Source: Bispira polyomma (lineage: Eukaryota). From it: DNA of 64,000 bases. Within the stretch, counting starts at the first letter, position 1; each line of letters begins with the position of its first letter. The position numbers were made by a program, and so were the translations under genes. Where the stretch lies: the NCBI GenBank assembly GCA_965649765.1, contig OZ287748.1, positions 10,044,001-10,108,000 on the forward strand, written 5' to 3'. Below are positions 1 through 13,550 of this stretch, in pieces. Under the pieces are notes generated by a model that searched no databases, was not told the DNA's origin, and worked only from the letters and a program-made list of their open reading frames with translations.

Positions 1-3000
1 TCTCACATTTTGACATTAGATGAATTATTGTTTCTGGGTCTTTGCCACATAAACCACACATATTTGTATCTATCAATTTAATTTGGAAAAGGCAATGTCT
101 GGTTCCAAGAATATTATTTAGTATTCTATATTGGAACCACTTAATGGAATTGTCATAAACTATATTAAAGCATATCTTATATACAATTTTCCATACTTCT
201 CTGTCAAAATCAGAATTTAGTATAGTATTCCATTTTATTTCACATTGCGGTCTAATAAGTGCATTATTATTATTATCATTCATAACACGATAGAAACATT
301 TGCTTCCCTTTTGTGGTTCATAGAGAATCTGAATATGTTGGATTTGGTGTGGCCTAGTAATGATAAATATTTCTTCTTTTTATGCTTTTTGATAAATGCT
401 AAAACAATTGACCGTATTCTGTAATAATTTACCTAGTTATCTTTAATTTTATATTTTCTTTGTATATCTTTAAAGTTCAATATTTCCCCAGAAGGTGTTA
501 CAACATCACCTATAATCTGTATTCCATTTCTTTCCCATTCTGGAAAGAATATTGTCCTCTCTGATAGTTGCCTATTGAACCACAAGCAGGATTGCATAAT
601 ATCTAAATTTGTATTTATGGTCATTAAATTACCAAATTCTAACCATGTAGAAAAGACATGCTTCCAAAAAGGGTTTGACAGTTTCAACAAAATAGTTTTA
701 CACCATTCAGTACCTCTTGTGAACAATTTATCTAAACTCCCGACTAGTTTTAACAAAACTTGATACCAAGGGGAAGTTGCAGAAGGTTGTTGATTTGCAA
801 TTTTTTTTACCCAACCTATCTTCAAAGATTTTTCAAAATTGTAAATGTTTATCATATTTAAACCCCCTTGTTTGTAATTTCTGTAGATTTTGTCTCTTTT
901 GACTTTATCAGGCTTTCCGTCCCACAAAAATTCGAATAGTGATTCATTTATTGCATCTAGTAATTTTGTTGATGTCAAAAAGGAAACAAATAAATGATTG
1001 AACTTTGGAATTAGGAGTGTTTTGATGAGTGTAATTTTACCCAATGGACTCAACTGCCTATTTTTCCATGATTTTATTACACTTCTAATTTTAAGCATTG
1101 CCTTTGAGTAATTTAATTCTGGCATTTCATTCAGTTTTACAGAAAACTCTATCCCAAGGAGGTTAAACTCTGTGACTCCCCACTCTAGTTCTGATGAGAT
1201 ACGGAACTTATCCTTTGAAAATTGTTTCTTACCTATCCAAATTAATTTGGTCTTATCAGTGTTCATCTTGAGACCTGATAATGCTCCATAAATTTCTAAT
1301 ACATTAAGTGTTGCCTGCAGAGATGCTAAATTGCCATCTAATATAATTGTTGTGTCATCTGCAAACTGCGTAAGCCTGTACTCTATGTCTCCAATTTTTA
1401 TACCATCTATTTCAGGGTTTACGATTATTAACTGACTTAATATTTCTGCTGCTATTATGAAGAAATATGGAGATAATGGGTCTCCCTGTCTACAACCTCT
1501 TTTAATAGGAATTGCATCAGATAAAAACCACACTGTTGCACTCGAGCAGTAATATTATTGTTAAAAAGCACAATCCAGGTTATCATCAAATCCAAAGTAG
1601 CTTAAACTTTTATACAAAAATGACCACGAAACGGAATCAAAGGCCTTTTCAAAATCTATGAGCATCAGAAGCCCAGATATATCTGTTGATTCTACATAGT
1701 GCATAACATCAAAAATTAACCTAGTGCTGTCTGCAATATTTCTACCAGTTTGGAAGCCTGTTTGTGATTTCGATATAATATTATCTAAATGAGGTTTGAG
1801 CTATTACTGATGATGCTAATTTATATGTCACACATAAAATCGAAATGGGCCGCCAATTTTTCAAAAGTTTTCGGTCTTTTGATCCTTTTGGTAGACAAGT
1901 TATAATACTTTGGCGTAGTGTAGTCGAAAGTTGACCTTTGACAAAGCAACTATTTATCGCCCGGGTTACATAAAACTTCAAATATGGCCGAAAGACTTTC
2001 AAAAAATCTGCTGATATGCCATCCATACCTGGTGTCTTATTGTTTTTCATTGGTTTTAGGGCAGAACTAACTTCATCTACATTTACAAGCTTACCCAAGT
2101 TTAGATTCTTATCGATCTTATTGCAGACGGTTTTACTTAACAAATCCTTAAAGTCTACATCATTCCCTAAGTTATCCATTTTTTTTTAACAAATTTGTAT
2201 AATAGTCTTTGATATTTTTTAAAATATCTCTCTGTTCTGTGATAATGGTACCGTTATTTAGCCGTTATTTAGCTGTTTCTATAAAATTTTGATTTGCCAA
2301 ATTACAAAAAGATTTGGTTGGTTTTTCGCCCTCATGAAGCCATTTTAGGCGAGATCTGATCATAATGCCTTTTATCTTCTCTTGCCTAAGCTGTTCTAAC
2401 TCCTGTTTTTTATCTTGTAATATCTGCATATAACGAGGGCTTATATTTTCCCTTGTTTCTATATCATTTTTCAAAATTTCTTCTTTTGAGTTCATTATTT
2501 TTTTTAATCGTGATGCAAACTTTATCGTTTCTCCTCTTATTCTAAGGTACAATAACTCGAGAAATAAGTCATCATCTACTATAAATTTTATGTTATTATT
2601 CTCATGTTTTTCTAAAAAACTATTGTCGTAAACAGGGATTGCATATTTAATTTTTTCTTCGTTAATCACATTGTTTATTAATGTCAGGTAATCTTGGTTA
2701 ACCAAAAGACTGTTGTTGAATTTCCAGACACCTTTACCAATGGTGAATTTGGAAAAAATAATACTAAGTTCTATTATGAAATGATCAGATCTATAACTTG
2801 GTTTTATATCCGAGCCACTGATCATGTCACCCATTGAACTAGATATTATAAAATAGTCTAATCGTGCTTGTTTCACTGGATTTTTCCTTCTCCAAGAGTA
2901 TCTTTTTTTATCTGGATAAATATTTCTAAAAGCGTCAATTAGAGAGCACTCATTCATAATATTCAGCATGGATTGTCTTGCTCTAGGGTTATTGATATTT

Positions 3001-3485
3001 CTATAATTACAAGTCTTTTTCTGGATTTAGAACTAAATTGAAGTCACCACATATGATATTATAATCAGAGTTGCTATCTACAATTAATTTTTGTATTTCT
3101 AAATTTTCTATATTTCAAGTATGGGGTATCTATGTTTGGGGCATATATTGTTATCAAATTGATAACTATAGTATTCAATTTCAATATTAGTTGTAAATAA
3201 TTCCCTTCATTATCTTTATTTGTAGATATAACTTCATATTCAAAGTTATTATTTAACAAAATTGCTACTCCTCGAGAATTAGTTTTTTTTCCACTTAAAT
3301 AACAATCTCCGTTCCAAACAGATTTTATTTGAGATATGTCCTTTTTTAGTAGATGAGTATCTTGAAGACAAACTATTCCTGCATTTGTGTCCTTAAAATA
3401 ATTAATAACATCATTTCTTTTTTCAACTACGCAGGCCTTGGCAGTTCGCAGACAACACAACCAGATTGTTACCTATTTTTGCCAT
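1..3485 (-). mobile_element. Tx1/L1-clade non-LTR retrotransposon ORF2 (APE endonuclease + RT), frameshifted, in intron 6 of NT5E copy A; runs off the left edge
   Basis: ATG at 3485 gives MAKIGNNLVVLSANCQGLR (APE motif I). ORF pieces contain CLQDTH, IYAPN, RLDYF, YRSDH, GVWKFNNSLL, KTPGMDG, NWRPIS, RGCRQGDPLSP and QFADD. No ORF1 seen. Confidence 0.93.
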
Positions 3486-3920
3486 TTAAATTGGTATAAT
3501 ATCCCTGCAGGCATTTACTGAGGCATCTAATCCTGAATATAGCACATATAGTTGTAACCTTTTCTCTATGAATCGCTTTTAATTGATCTTTTTCTTTGAA
3601 GTAAAAACAATAAACATTTAAAGTATATTACAGTAAAAATTGTACATTTAATAACAGTATTAAGAGACTGACTTGGTGACTACACCAGCTTAATTTGACT
3701 TCAATACTTTGGTTAAATATGTACACCATTTAAAATATTAACAACAAATTTTATTATTTTATGTACTGTTTAGTACAGAGGTTATGAGTGATAAATCTTT
3801 TTACTAACAATTTATGTACAATTCCACTCCACTATCAAGATTTATACTTTATACTATATAAAGAAATTACAGGCTTTATTACATACAACTTGGTGTTCCA
3901 ATTGCATTTTAAATACATGT

Positions 3921-4085
3921 ACAGTGGAAAACCTGTCAAGTCGAATCTGAATGGACGATAAAATTTGTTCTATTTAGTAGAAATTCTATTTATTTGGGTA
4001 AATTTGAAATAGAAATGTAATGGAACATTAAAAACTTCTACTTAACAGGCAATTCCACTTATCAGAGTTCGACCTAAACGGGAAC
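3921..4085. mobile_element. degenerate Tc1/mariner-type MITE
   Basis: Starts TA|CAGTGGAAAACCTGTCAAGTCGAA; has repeated TTCTA(C/T)TTA motifs and a partially complementary TTCGACCTAAACGGG end. Confidence 0.4.
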
Positions 4086-4563
4086 AGTGGCACAATCAAT
4101 ATCCAATCTATTTCTGTATACGAGCATAATGGCTCAACCACCCATCCATGTATATTTAATATTACGATGCTTTCTAAATCTTAATCTTAATATGACTTCT
4201 AAATTTTACCAGCAGCAAGGGGTATTACACTTTGTAAGGAATACTGCAATAAACACATTTTAACATAATTACATTTTACTTCAGCAGTATTAAATGTTGA
4301 GGACTGAAATAATTCATCAAGTTTCAGAAGCAATTGCCAAACAGTAACAAGAAAATTTGCAAAACAAAACCCAACTGCCATAATTAATTTTTCATAATCC
4401 ATAACTATTAACCATTTCTAATAACCAAGTGATGATGCTGTTGTGTTCTGGACCAAGAACTTTGAATTTGCCTCCTATTGAGCTATATCCAGGATTCAAA
4501 CAGAAGAACCTTATATAAGAAATAGTGATATTTTATAAAGTAGACTTTTATGTGCTTGTGTAC

Positions 4564-4689
4564 CTTGTTCTATGTTAGAACGTATGGCCCCACCATTCCA
4601 TACAGCAATAGCAATATCAGTCCATGAGTCACCTGACATCTCTGGGCCAATCAGATATGAGTATAACACTGCATCTGTCAATAGGCTTC
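4564..4689 (-). CDS. NT5E: ecto-5'-nucleotidase copy A, exon 6
   Basis: GSLLTDAVLYSY...WTDIAIAVWNGGAIRSNIEQG (NGGxIR motif); CAG acceptor 4692-4690, GTACAC donor at 4563; phase 1-1. Confidence 0.88.
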
Positions 4690-5232
4690 CTGTGAAATAA
4701 TGCAGATATAAGTGATGTTTTATGTTGACTATATGGATCTCACCATTCAATTTACACATTGGTAGCAGAGGGCAATTTCTTATGTTGGTCCCGGTTCGAC
4801 TCCATATTAGTTTCATATTGGTTGCTAGGGGATAGTAAATAATTTATTTCTCCTCTGCTCCATAAACCAACTAAATATTTCTTACTCTTATATCAGCATA
4901 AATTGTATTTGCATGCAACTGCTCAAGTAAAGCAACTAGCACCAGTAACCAGTATTCCCTCAACTAAAAAGAAGGACTTGAGAATGACTATTTATCAAAG
5001 TCTTCTTTAGCATCCCTCTGAGAAAAAAATCCAATCACAGATGTGTCGTCATTTTATTTGGTAAGGCTTGCTTGGAAACCCAGGTCATCTGTGGTCATTG
5101 ATTGTGTTACCCACAGTTGCAGATGGCAAGTTATGCTCTAATACTACCCTTTTATATATAGATGTATTTACTGCTAAAAGTAAAAAAGGCTATAAATGTA
5201 ACATTTTAGTACTTATAAAAATGGCATAGTAC

Positions 5233-5364
5233 CCAGATTACACTCTTTGGCCCTGCATTCAAATCTGGACCCGTTCAAGAAGACGTAGGTCTTTCCAAAC
5301 TCCTGATACCTTAAGACTTCCAAAGGTTCACCCCACTCTTCTATTTCATCCAGAGTTTCCAGAT
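5233..5364 (-). CDS. NT5E: ecto-5'-nucleotidase copy A, exon 5 (absent from the ORF track)
   Basis: Hand translation DLETLDEIEEWGEPLEVLRYQEFGKTYVFLNGSRFECRAKECNLG matches the CD73 GKTxVxLxG...CRxxECNxG motif; CAG acceptor and GT donor; 132 bp, phase 1-1. Confidence 0.88.
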
Positions 5365-5583
5365 CTGTAAATTCATAATTTTCAATATTTACAACTTTTC
5401 TATTACCAATGAATATATAATTTTAGGCCATTGGTAAGGCCAAATGGATATCCTTGCCAGAGTGCTCTGTAAGGCTAGACATATTTGTACTGATGATGCG
5501 CACAGTCACAAGTAACTTGTAAACAAAAAGGCTTCCTGAGCTCAATTGTTGAAACTTGTCATGCGAACAAAGTCCTATTTTGT

Positions 5584-5699
5584 AACAGTAAAACCTGTCC
5601 TCTGATATGCTGATTGGAAGAACCAATATGGTCTATGTAGATAGGTGGTCTTTATATTGGTTCTTCCAATCAGCATATTAAGGGACAGGTTTTACTGTT
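5584..5699. mobile_element. ~115 bp fold-back MITE (Tc1/mariner-like CAGTAAAACC ends)
   Basis: AACAGTAAAACCTGTCC...GGACAGGTTTTACTGTT termini plus a perfect 25-bp internal inverted arm. Confidence 0.75.
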
Positions 5700-6710
5700 T
5701 ATATATAAACAAATTTAATTTCATAATTAAAGTTACAAATGTACACCTTAAAGAGTTCCACTTACTTTTGTTGACATTTATTGACCTTTAAAGGTCATCA
5801 CTTAACTTGGTGAGACCATTTTTGTAAAAAAGATAAGTATAATAGTATATCATCTTTATATATAAGCATTGTAGGCATAATAGCCCACAGCACATGTATA
5901 TATAAAAATTTTAATTTAATAGTTAAAGTTACAAATGTCCACCTTAAAGAGTTCCACTTACTTCTGTTGGCTTTTAATGACCATTAAAAGTCATCACATA
6001 ACTTGGTGAGACCATTTTTGCAAAAAAGATAAGTATAATAGTGTACCATCTTTATATACAAGCATTGTGGGCATAATATCCCACAGCACATGTATATAAA
6101 AAAATTAAATTGGTAACTAAAATTAGAAATTTCCACCTCAAAGAGTTCCACTTATTTTCTGTTGACATTTGTTGAGTTTAAAGGTCATCAGAGACCTTAG
6201 TGAGACCATTTTTGCAAAATGAAGAAGTATAATAGCATAATATAGCAACATCTTTACATAAAATCATTTTGAGCTTGATATCCCACAATACATTTAAAAA
6301 AGCATACCATGTCTATGTAAAAGCATTGTGGGTATGATATCAAACAGTGCATGTATATTATTAAAAATCTAATTAATAACTTAAGTTACAATTCACTTTG
6401 AGGAGTTACATGTACTTATGGTAACATTTATTGACTTTCATCACATAACTTGTTCAGATTATTTGTTTAAAACTGAGGTGTATATTAGCATAACATAGTT
6501 ATATAATAGCATTGTGGGCATGTATATAATTAAAAATGTAATTAATAACTTAAGTTACAATTCACTTTGAGGAGTTACATGTACTTATGGTAACATTTAT
6601 TGACTTTCATTACATAACTTGTTCAGATCATTTGTTTAAAACTGAGATGTATATTAGCATAACATATTTATATAATAGCATTGTGGGCATGATATCCCAC
6701 AGTGCATGAT
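5700..6710. repeat. tandem array of ~170-195 bp units (about 5 copies, two subtypes)
   Basis: AAAGAGTTCCACTTA...GGTGAGACCATTTTTG...AGCATTGTGGGCAT recurs at about 5750, 5945 and 6140; shorter variants at about 6350 and 6525. Confidence 0.85.
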
Positions 6711-7252
6711 TTTTCTAATCACCAGCTATAATTATGAATTAAAAGCTATGTGTATGCTTATTTTGCTTTAACGATTATTTGACTCTTAGTTAACTGGTTT
6801 TATCATTGGCACCTAAAATACATTAGGTACACATGTGAACATTCAATTATCATCAAAGACAATAAAAACAATTTCTGTAATATGTTTACTTGCATTCATT
6901 AACTCATTATTTTATTTGCAATTGGGTCTTATTTAATAACATGCATTGTCTTTTGCTATAATTGATTAAGTATGAAGCTAAACTATGACTGTTCTTCAGA
7001 TGATACTGTTGCTAGTAATATCCCACATCGCTTTATATAATGTCCCATAAAGAATATCCCACAATGTTATAAATATTTAAATTTTACATTGTACAATTTA
7101 AATTAATTTATATATTTGGTTACTATAAATTTTTAGCTTTCTTTTCTGAATTAATATTTTCAAAAAATACACCTAGAAAGGCAATGTCCCATAAACCATT
7201 ATTTTCATTCGCAGTCCCACAAACCACCGTAAGTATATATATATATATAAAT

Positions 7253-7390
7253 AAAAAATACCCTATTTGCTAATTTTTTTATGTACTTTTTTCATTATAT
7301 ATATACATATATATATGGGAAAATATTTTCATTTTATATACATATAATGAAAAAAGTACAGACAAAACATAAGCAAATAGGGTATTTTTT
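7253..7390. repeat. AT-rich fold-back palindrome / small MITE
   Basis: AAAAAATACCCTATTTGCT...AGCAAATAGGGTATTTTTT, with inner arms GTACTTTTTTCATTATAT/ATATAATGAAAAAAGTAC. Confidence 0.75.
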
Positions 7391-7628
7391 AAACAATATG
7401 TTCATAAACTTCTTAATATAGGTACTCTATTATTCTCCTTTACATAGCCATCTGTATTCTAAAGATGCTATTACAGCGAGACAATATTGAGCTAAAAATA
7501 AACTATTTAAAACTGAAGGAGTTTGAATCAGTGATACAAATAAAATATCATAAAGGTTTATAAAAATATGCCCTAAATATAATTATACACAATATTATAT
7601 TTTAAGTACATCCTTTAGAGATCAATAC

Positions 7629-7826
7629 CTTGCTCCACAGACTTGTCCAGTAAGATTGGGTTTCCACCGTATGAGGTCACGACTCCATTGTCATCAAAGG
7701 TTAACTGCAGATGTCCCATATACTTTCCATAGGCATAATCCTGAACTACCAAGACTTCTGCTCCATTGTCTTGCTGTACGATGTATGGGTATGGACCAAC
7801 AGGTTCATCATTGGAGGGTGGTTCAC
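7629..7826 (-). CDS. NT5E: ecto-5'-nucleotidase copy A, exon 4
   Basis: GEPPSNDEPVGPYPYIV...VLVVQDYAYGKYMGHLQLTFDDNG...GNPILLDKSVEQ; CAG/GT boundaries; 198 bp. Confidence 0.92.
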
Positions 7827-8019
7827 CTGTACCAAAAAAAAAATGCACACAATAAAAGGACATAGTTCTTTACAACCCCAGCGGGTAAGCTAACATCAGT
7901 ATCAAGGGCTACTAAGGTTTTAAGGTGAATACCACATATTTTTGTCAACATAGCTATTCTATAAAGTACCACTTTTATGCAGATAATACTCAGATTAATA
8001 TTCATCTCACACCTAACAG

Positions 8020-8640
8020 TACTGTTACCACCTTTGACAACCTTTGATGGTGCCTAAACAAAGTATAAGAATGGATGCTATCCCATGAACTGAAACTTAA
8101 CCTAGATAAAATAGAAGTGATTATCTTTCGATATCCAAGTTTCAACATTGTATGGATTTGCCAAATTATTTACCTTCTGCAATTCTGTTCAGTCAAATTA
8201 AGGGCTAGCTTTGAGTTAGCTTAGAACAATTAGCTTTCTTTCTACAGCGACTATATCAGCAAATGCTCTAGTTAGTAGTAGGCTCGAATATTGAAAGTCC
8301 TTGTTCTGTAGTTTGTCTTCCGATGACTATAAAAAGGTACAGCATGTACAAAAGTGGCCGGTGAGAATTTTATTTGAGATAACAATGTATTCCCACACTA
8401 TTCCAGTTTGAAAATCTTTACATTGGTTAACTATTTGGTACTGTATTGTTTTCAAAACTACTAATGTTATTTAAAAATATCTCAATTCTAGTTTTCCTAG
8501 CTACTTTAGTCGATTTTTGACACTGTATAGTTGTTCTACTGAGAGGCGCAGCAATGCTGACAACGTTTCCCTTGTTGCTCCATATTATGAATCTATGGTG
8601 CATAGTCCATGGTCCATTTTAATGTTAGGTTGGTTTATAA
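8020..8640 (+). mobile_element. old L2/CR1-type LINE RT fragment (orthologous copy in paralog B at ~41000-41740)
   Basis: Degenerate WM..ELKLNLDKIEVIIF and ANALVSSRLEY motifs; same intron position in copies A and B. Confidence 0.7.
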
Positions 8641-9217
8641 TGGTCCATGTCTGTGATTTTCGTTCTGCTCCATCTCTTAATATTTTCAGGTAAAGGTTTG
8701 AGTCCTTGACTTGGCCTGTCCTCTGTAATAGTTTGGCTGTTCACTGGTGACCTTTTTCTGTTCCTTGTCTTTTTTATTTTATCTTTTAGGGAAATAACTT
8801 CTTGGTCCATGTGCTAAGAATTAATATGAATAGCACGAAAATTGAATGCTTTATAAATTGGATTAGATTAGATTCTAGCCCTATCCCGAGGGACCAACAT
8901 ATGATCAGCATCAGAGGGTGGTTCAGCAATACCAAGGTAAATGGTCTAAGGGTCATACAATTTTTAGCCAGTGTAAGCGGTATAAGATAAATCCAATATC
9001 AAGGACTACCAATAAAAAATTTGTGGTGAAATATCATAGATTTCAGTCTACATAGATATTCACATATCATACATGAACCAAGACGTTCATCATTAGAGAA
9101 TGTTTCATTTTTTCCAAGGTAACTAGTCTTGGGGCTATAATGTTTAAAATAAGAAAATGAACCTAATCTTATGTAAATTCAATATTAAAACATCAGTGTA
9201 GTTTCTGTATAACTCAC

Positions 9218-9412
9218 CTGTGTATAGGAAGGTGTTTGAGTGACCACCCACAATAACATCAATGCCTTTTACCTCTCTAGCAATCTTCTGATCAAGAACA
9301 AAACCTCCATGGCCAACGACAAAGATCTTGTTCACTCCTGCAGACAGGAAGGTATTTACCTCTCTCTGGATAGATTCCACTTCATCTTCAAATACTAGGT
9401 TCTCCAAATATT
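9218..9412 (-). CDS. NT5E: ecto-5'-nucleotidase copy A, exon 3
   Basis: YLENLVFEDEVESI...GVNKIFVVGHGGF...IDVIVGGHSNTFLYTG (metal-binding GH and GGHS motifs); TAG acceptor, GTGAGT donor; 195 bp. Confidence 0.93.
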
Positions 9413-10332
9413 CTAGTCATATGGTAGAGGAACATAAATTTATATTAAGAGTAATTTTAAATTGCCTCTACCAGGAAAGATATGATTTCACCATCATATG
9501 AGTTGTGTGTTTGTCAGTTGGTCTGTTCACAGAATTACTGTGAAGTGCTTTACCAATTTTGGCCAAATTGAGTGGAGGACTGAGACATAGGAGTGTACAC
9601 CTCCACCCTAGGTATGCGACCAAAAAGTGAAAAAATTGTGACACCTGGCAAAGGTATATGCCTAGATGCCTGGGTGTCCTAGATATTAAACACATCAATA
9701 TCAAGACTTTTATGAAGAAGCACAACAGTTTAAGAAACTATGTATCAGATTCGACTGAATTGTTTGCCGGTATTCTTATTTATGCTTATTTTTTTTAGGG
9801 GGGAGTGGGGGCTGGGGGAGGGGGGCTGGGAGAGTGGGCGGAGTTTCAATCTAAGACAGTCTCATTTCACTTACGCAAGACATATAAATCTATACTGAAA
9901 TTTTAAGTTTAGGATATAAAAACAAAAGTTATTTATGTATTATGCAAATATAACAGAGCACACATTTAGTAAAATGAAAAGCCCGTGTTTCATTCTTAGT
10001 TTTATACAAGGATAAAGATAAAGCGCTTATAAAACATTAACGGTAGAAACAATGTGTTTGTACAGAGCCCATTTAAGATTAGGTCATGTACATAATATTT
10101 TATAATGAGATAATTAGAGCTTTATAACCAAATGATCCTGTTATAACATAATAAACTCTCATAACAAGTTATAATAATGTTCACATTGTTGAAATATATT
10201 TCAATTTTTTTTGTAGCTTTAAAACTTTCAATGACTCCTGGAAGTTGTGGGCAATGTTTTACTTTAATGTAAAGGCTAATTTTGAGAAAAAATTATTTTT
10301 TAGATTGTACTATATAAAATAAATACCCTTTA

Positions 10333-10800
10333 TGCCCTGGTCACACTGGACTTACGTTTTGATTACGCACAAAAAATGGCTAACGTAAGGTAAAACATAA
10401 TGAAACGTAAGCAGAATGTAGTATACTTAGTCAACTTAAGCATGCGCGAGTAAGATGGTCCCTTAAAATCCCGTTTTTTCAAAACCATCTTACTTTTATG
10501 GACTGCTCAAAATTTGTTACATTTTCCGCCGTTTTCTGAAAACTTTCTGGAAATGGGTGGTGCGTTCGCCGGAAACATATGAAACATATTCAAAGCGAGG
10601 AGAACAAGAACGAGGCAGGCTTACAAATGTTAAAAATGAGAACGAAAATGAAACTGGTTTAGAAATGTGGCTAACGTCTTTCTAAAACGGGGATAACGAG
10701 GCTAAGGTATTCTTAAACATGGCTAATGAGTCAAAAATTGATGTGACCACTTCATAAGCCGGTGAAATCCAATACCGAGTCCATAGTTTTGCATATTGAT
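10333..10800. mobile_element. Harbinger-like non-autonomous fragment, specific to copy A
   Basis: Begins GCCCTGGTCACACTGG, similar to the Harbinger ends at 23658 and 27210; CpG-rich; absent from the homologous intron of copy B (~43720). Confidence 0.5.
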
Positions 10801-11174
10801 TTTTGAAGCAGGGCTGGGGGGGGGGGGGGGGGGGGGGGGACGCTGACAGCATTAGTGCTTGACCTTGCAATCTTAGTTGATCTTGTCATAAAACATAAAG
10901 TAACATACTCTAAATAACACTTAAGGAAGCCAAGAAACATGCCTGAAATTACAATATTAACACATTTGAAGTTCAGTTTCTGTATATATTTAACAAAAGT
11001 TAGCAATTGATACAATATAAAAATAGAAGTAACAACATTATTTTGTCATCACATTATGATTGATTATTAGCCCTTGGGCCTGACAGCCTTTTGGTTGGTA
11101 CTGATTCAGGCTAGGCTAAGGAAAACCTGTAATGGCCTAACAAATGATCTTATTGTACTATTCTATAGTTTTAC

Positions 11175-11388
11175 CTGGTGTGACTAGTTTCCTGGTCTCC
11201 TGTGTAACATATCCAACCACCCCAATCTGCTCTCCACCTACACTGAGTGGTATAGAAGGCTGATAGAGATCCTTGAGGAAAGGCTCATTACTGGAGTCAA
11301 GGTTACAGGTCACTATAGGGAAAGTGAGGTTCTTCAGATATTCTGAAAGAACCTCCACTCCATCATCAAATTCATGGTTTCCTAAACT
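11175..11388 (-). CDS. NT5E: ecto-5'-nucleotidase copy A, exon 2
   Basis: SLGNHEFDDG (catalytic GNHEFD)...GEQIGVVGYVTQET; CAG acceptor 11391-11389, GTAAAA donor; 214 bp. Confidence 0.94.
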
Positions 11389-11579
11389 CTGGAAATTAAA
11401 ACAAATAATAAATATCTTTAGTTGTAGGTATATTATTTTTTCGGTATGTGTTGGTGGTGATATACATACTTAGTGTAATATATGTAACTTTTCATCTAAG
11501 AGTTGAGCATCTTTCAAACTAAGTCATCTGTGTTTGGTTGTCTTTACCAATTTATGTATATAATCCCCAATCTTGTCAG

Positions 11580-12680
11580 TTTCACCAATTTCTGCCAAGT
11601 CATAACGTCTCCCACTTTTACGAGTTAAAACTCAGAGATGACAGAATTATATAGAGCTACCCAGATTAATAGTTCTTGGTTGACGGGAAACTTGAATGAC
11701 CTTTAAGCAGTTCTAGTATAACTTAAGCACAAGTGATAGACGAGCTCCAAATAGTTACCAAAATGTTTTCCAAGAGTATACCAGGAGTAGTACTGAGTAA
11801 ATCTTTGAGTCTCATACTAGAAGTTATCTGGTAGTCTTACCAAGTCGCCAAGAGTTAACAGGACCTTGTGAGGAGTTATAGCCTAGATTGCTCTTATTAG
11901 CTCTGGTTTATCTCCGAAAAAACTCCTGGCACCCTTGTGTGTCTCAAGAATAGCTCTACATGACTCCTAAAAAGACTGACTCTTGACAGACTCTTGATAA
12001 ATTCAGCATGACTTGGCATAGCTATTAGCCTAGAAAACCTGAAGTAGTTGTCCTGAGTAATTAGGAGTTATAAAAAGTTGTTTAAGAGCTATCACAAGCT
12101 CTTAGGAGTTTATCGCCATTTGACACAGAATTTGTACTTAACTCAGAGCGGACATTTTAAACATTTTGGGACTGCCCATGAGCTTTTATGAGTTGTGCTG
12201 AGTTATCAATATTTGCAAAAAGATATCAAGAGTCATTGAATTAAATTGGGATATATGGCTTTATAACTTGTGGAAACTAGAGACTTTTTAAGTATTTAAC
12301 GCTTGGTTCTAACTCATGCACAGACTAAACAGGGACACCTTACTTGGGACAGCTCCTGATGAACTCAGCATGAGTTGTGCTAAGGTTGGAGTAATTCTGG
12401 GGTGCTTAGCATAACTCCTGTAATATTCATGTTTACTCTGGTTAGCTCTGGTTGGACTCTGCATGACTCCGGACAAGCTACCTTTAAAGTTTGCTGCGCC
12501 CAGCTTAGCTCTTAGCCTCAAAATACATGCTCAAGTTATCAGGAGTTCCCCTAAAGATACGATTTTTTTTGGCCTGGCACGAGTGAACATGATATAAAAT
12601 GGCTTATGGCTTGTGCAGAGTTACCTAAAAGTCATCAAGAACTTTATGACAAGTTTCGCCAAGTAACTATGCATTAAACT
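11580..12680. mobile_element. old unclassified interspersed element (GAGTT/AACTC-rich), shared with copy B at ~44360-45390
   Basis: GC-enriched block with repetitive motifs and no coding signal, present in both paralogous introns. Confidence 0.45.
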
Positions 12681-13346
12681 TTTTTATTGATGGTATACAT
12701 TAGGTGAGGGACCAAAATTAGGCAGCCAAAGAACAAAACTATAACAAGGTCATAAACTGGTGTGTATCAAGGGTCACTCTACAATATTCAAGGTGGATAA
12801 TCAAACATGAACAAATGTGTTTTAAATCACCAAGGAAGACAAAAAGTGTTCTAACTTCAAGGTAAATACCATATTGTCTTCTTTAGATTTAGATAGAGTC
12901 TTCATATATGAACAACCTATGTTTTTTTCTTTTTGTGTATTTGTGGTTTATAATTTCAGGAAAAGAATTGTGATATACTTCCATCAAGAGGATTAGAACG
13001 TTAGAGTATATTTCTTTAAAAACATTTTAGCCTCACCTTATCTACTTGAGTGGTGGCTATGAAGTGAAACTTTGGCACTTATCCTCTATTTATACTTTTT
13101 GCTAAATACTTGAGACATCATTCAATTAGTCTTTACTTGGAGACCAACTGTAAGACAAAATTTGATCTCCATTCTTTTGGGAATACCTACCCAGTCTGCG
13201 ACTTTTTGGAATCTCAGCCCTGAAAAAGCACCTTGGTTTTGACTTCGAAAAATTATCCTGGACAGAAATTTAATTTGATTAGACTGCAATTTATTGATTT
13301 AAATCTTGTTTGTAGCCTAAAGAAAAGAATTACAATAGTGCAGAGA

Positions 13347-13550
13347 GGGGCCACAGTGGCTTAGTGGTTAGAAGCGTTTATTTAATAATCACTGAGCTGG
13401 TACCAATTTGGGTTCAAATCTTATTCATTCCTTCATGTGAGAAAGATTGACAGGTACTGTTGCAATTGGATGATGGTTTACAGTGCTTCAGCACAAGTTC
13501 TTTGACTGTTCAAAGCTGGCCGCCATGATATCACCAAAGCGGTGGACTAT
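13347..13550 (+). mobile_element. old tRNA-derived SINE (Meta-SINE-like); orthologous copy at ~47213-47420
   Basis: GGGGCCACAGTGGCTTAGTGGTTAG A-box, GGTTCAAATC B-box, 3' GCCGCCATGATAT motif. Confidence 0.7.

Noticed and set aside
5700-6710. CRISPR-like array
   Set aside because: Eukaryotic context; whole units repeat with no unique spacers.
10682-11015. Poly-proline ORFs
   Set aside because: Artefact of a ~23-nt G homopolymer.
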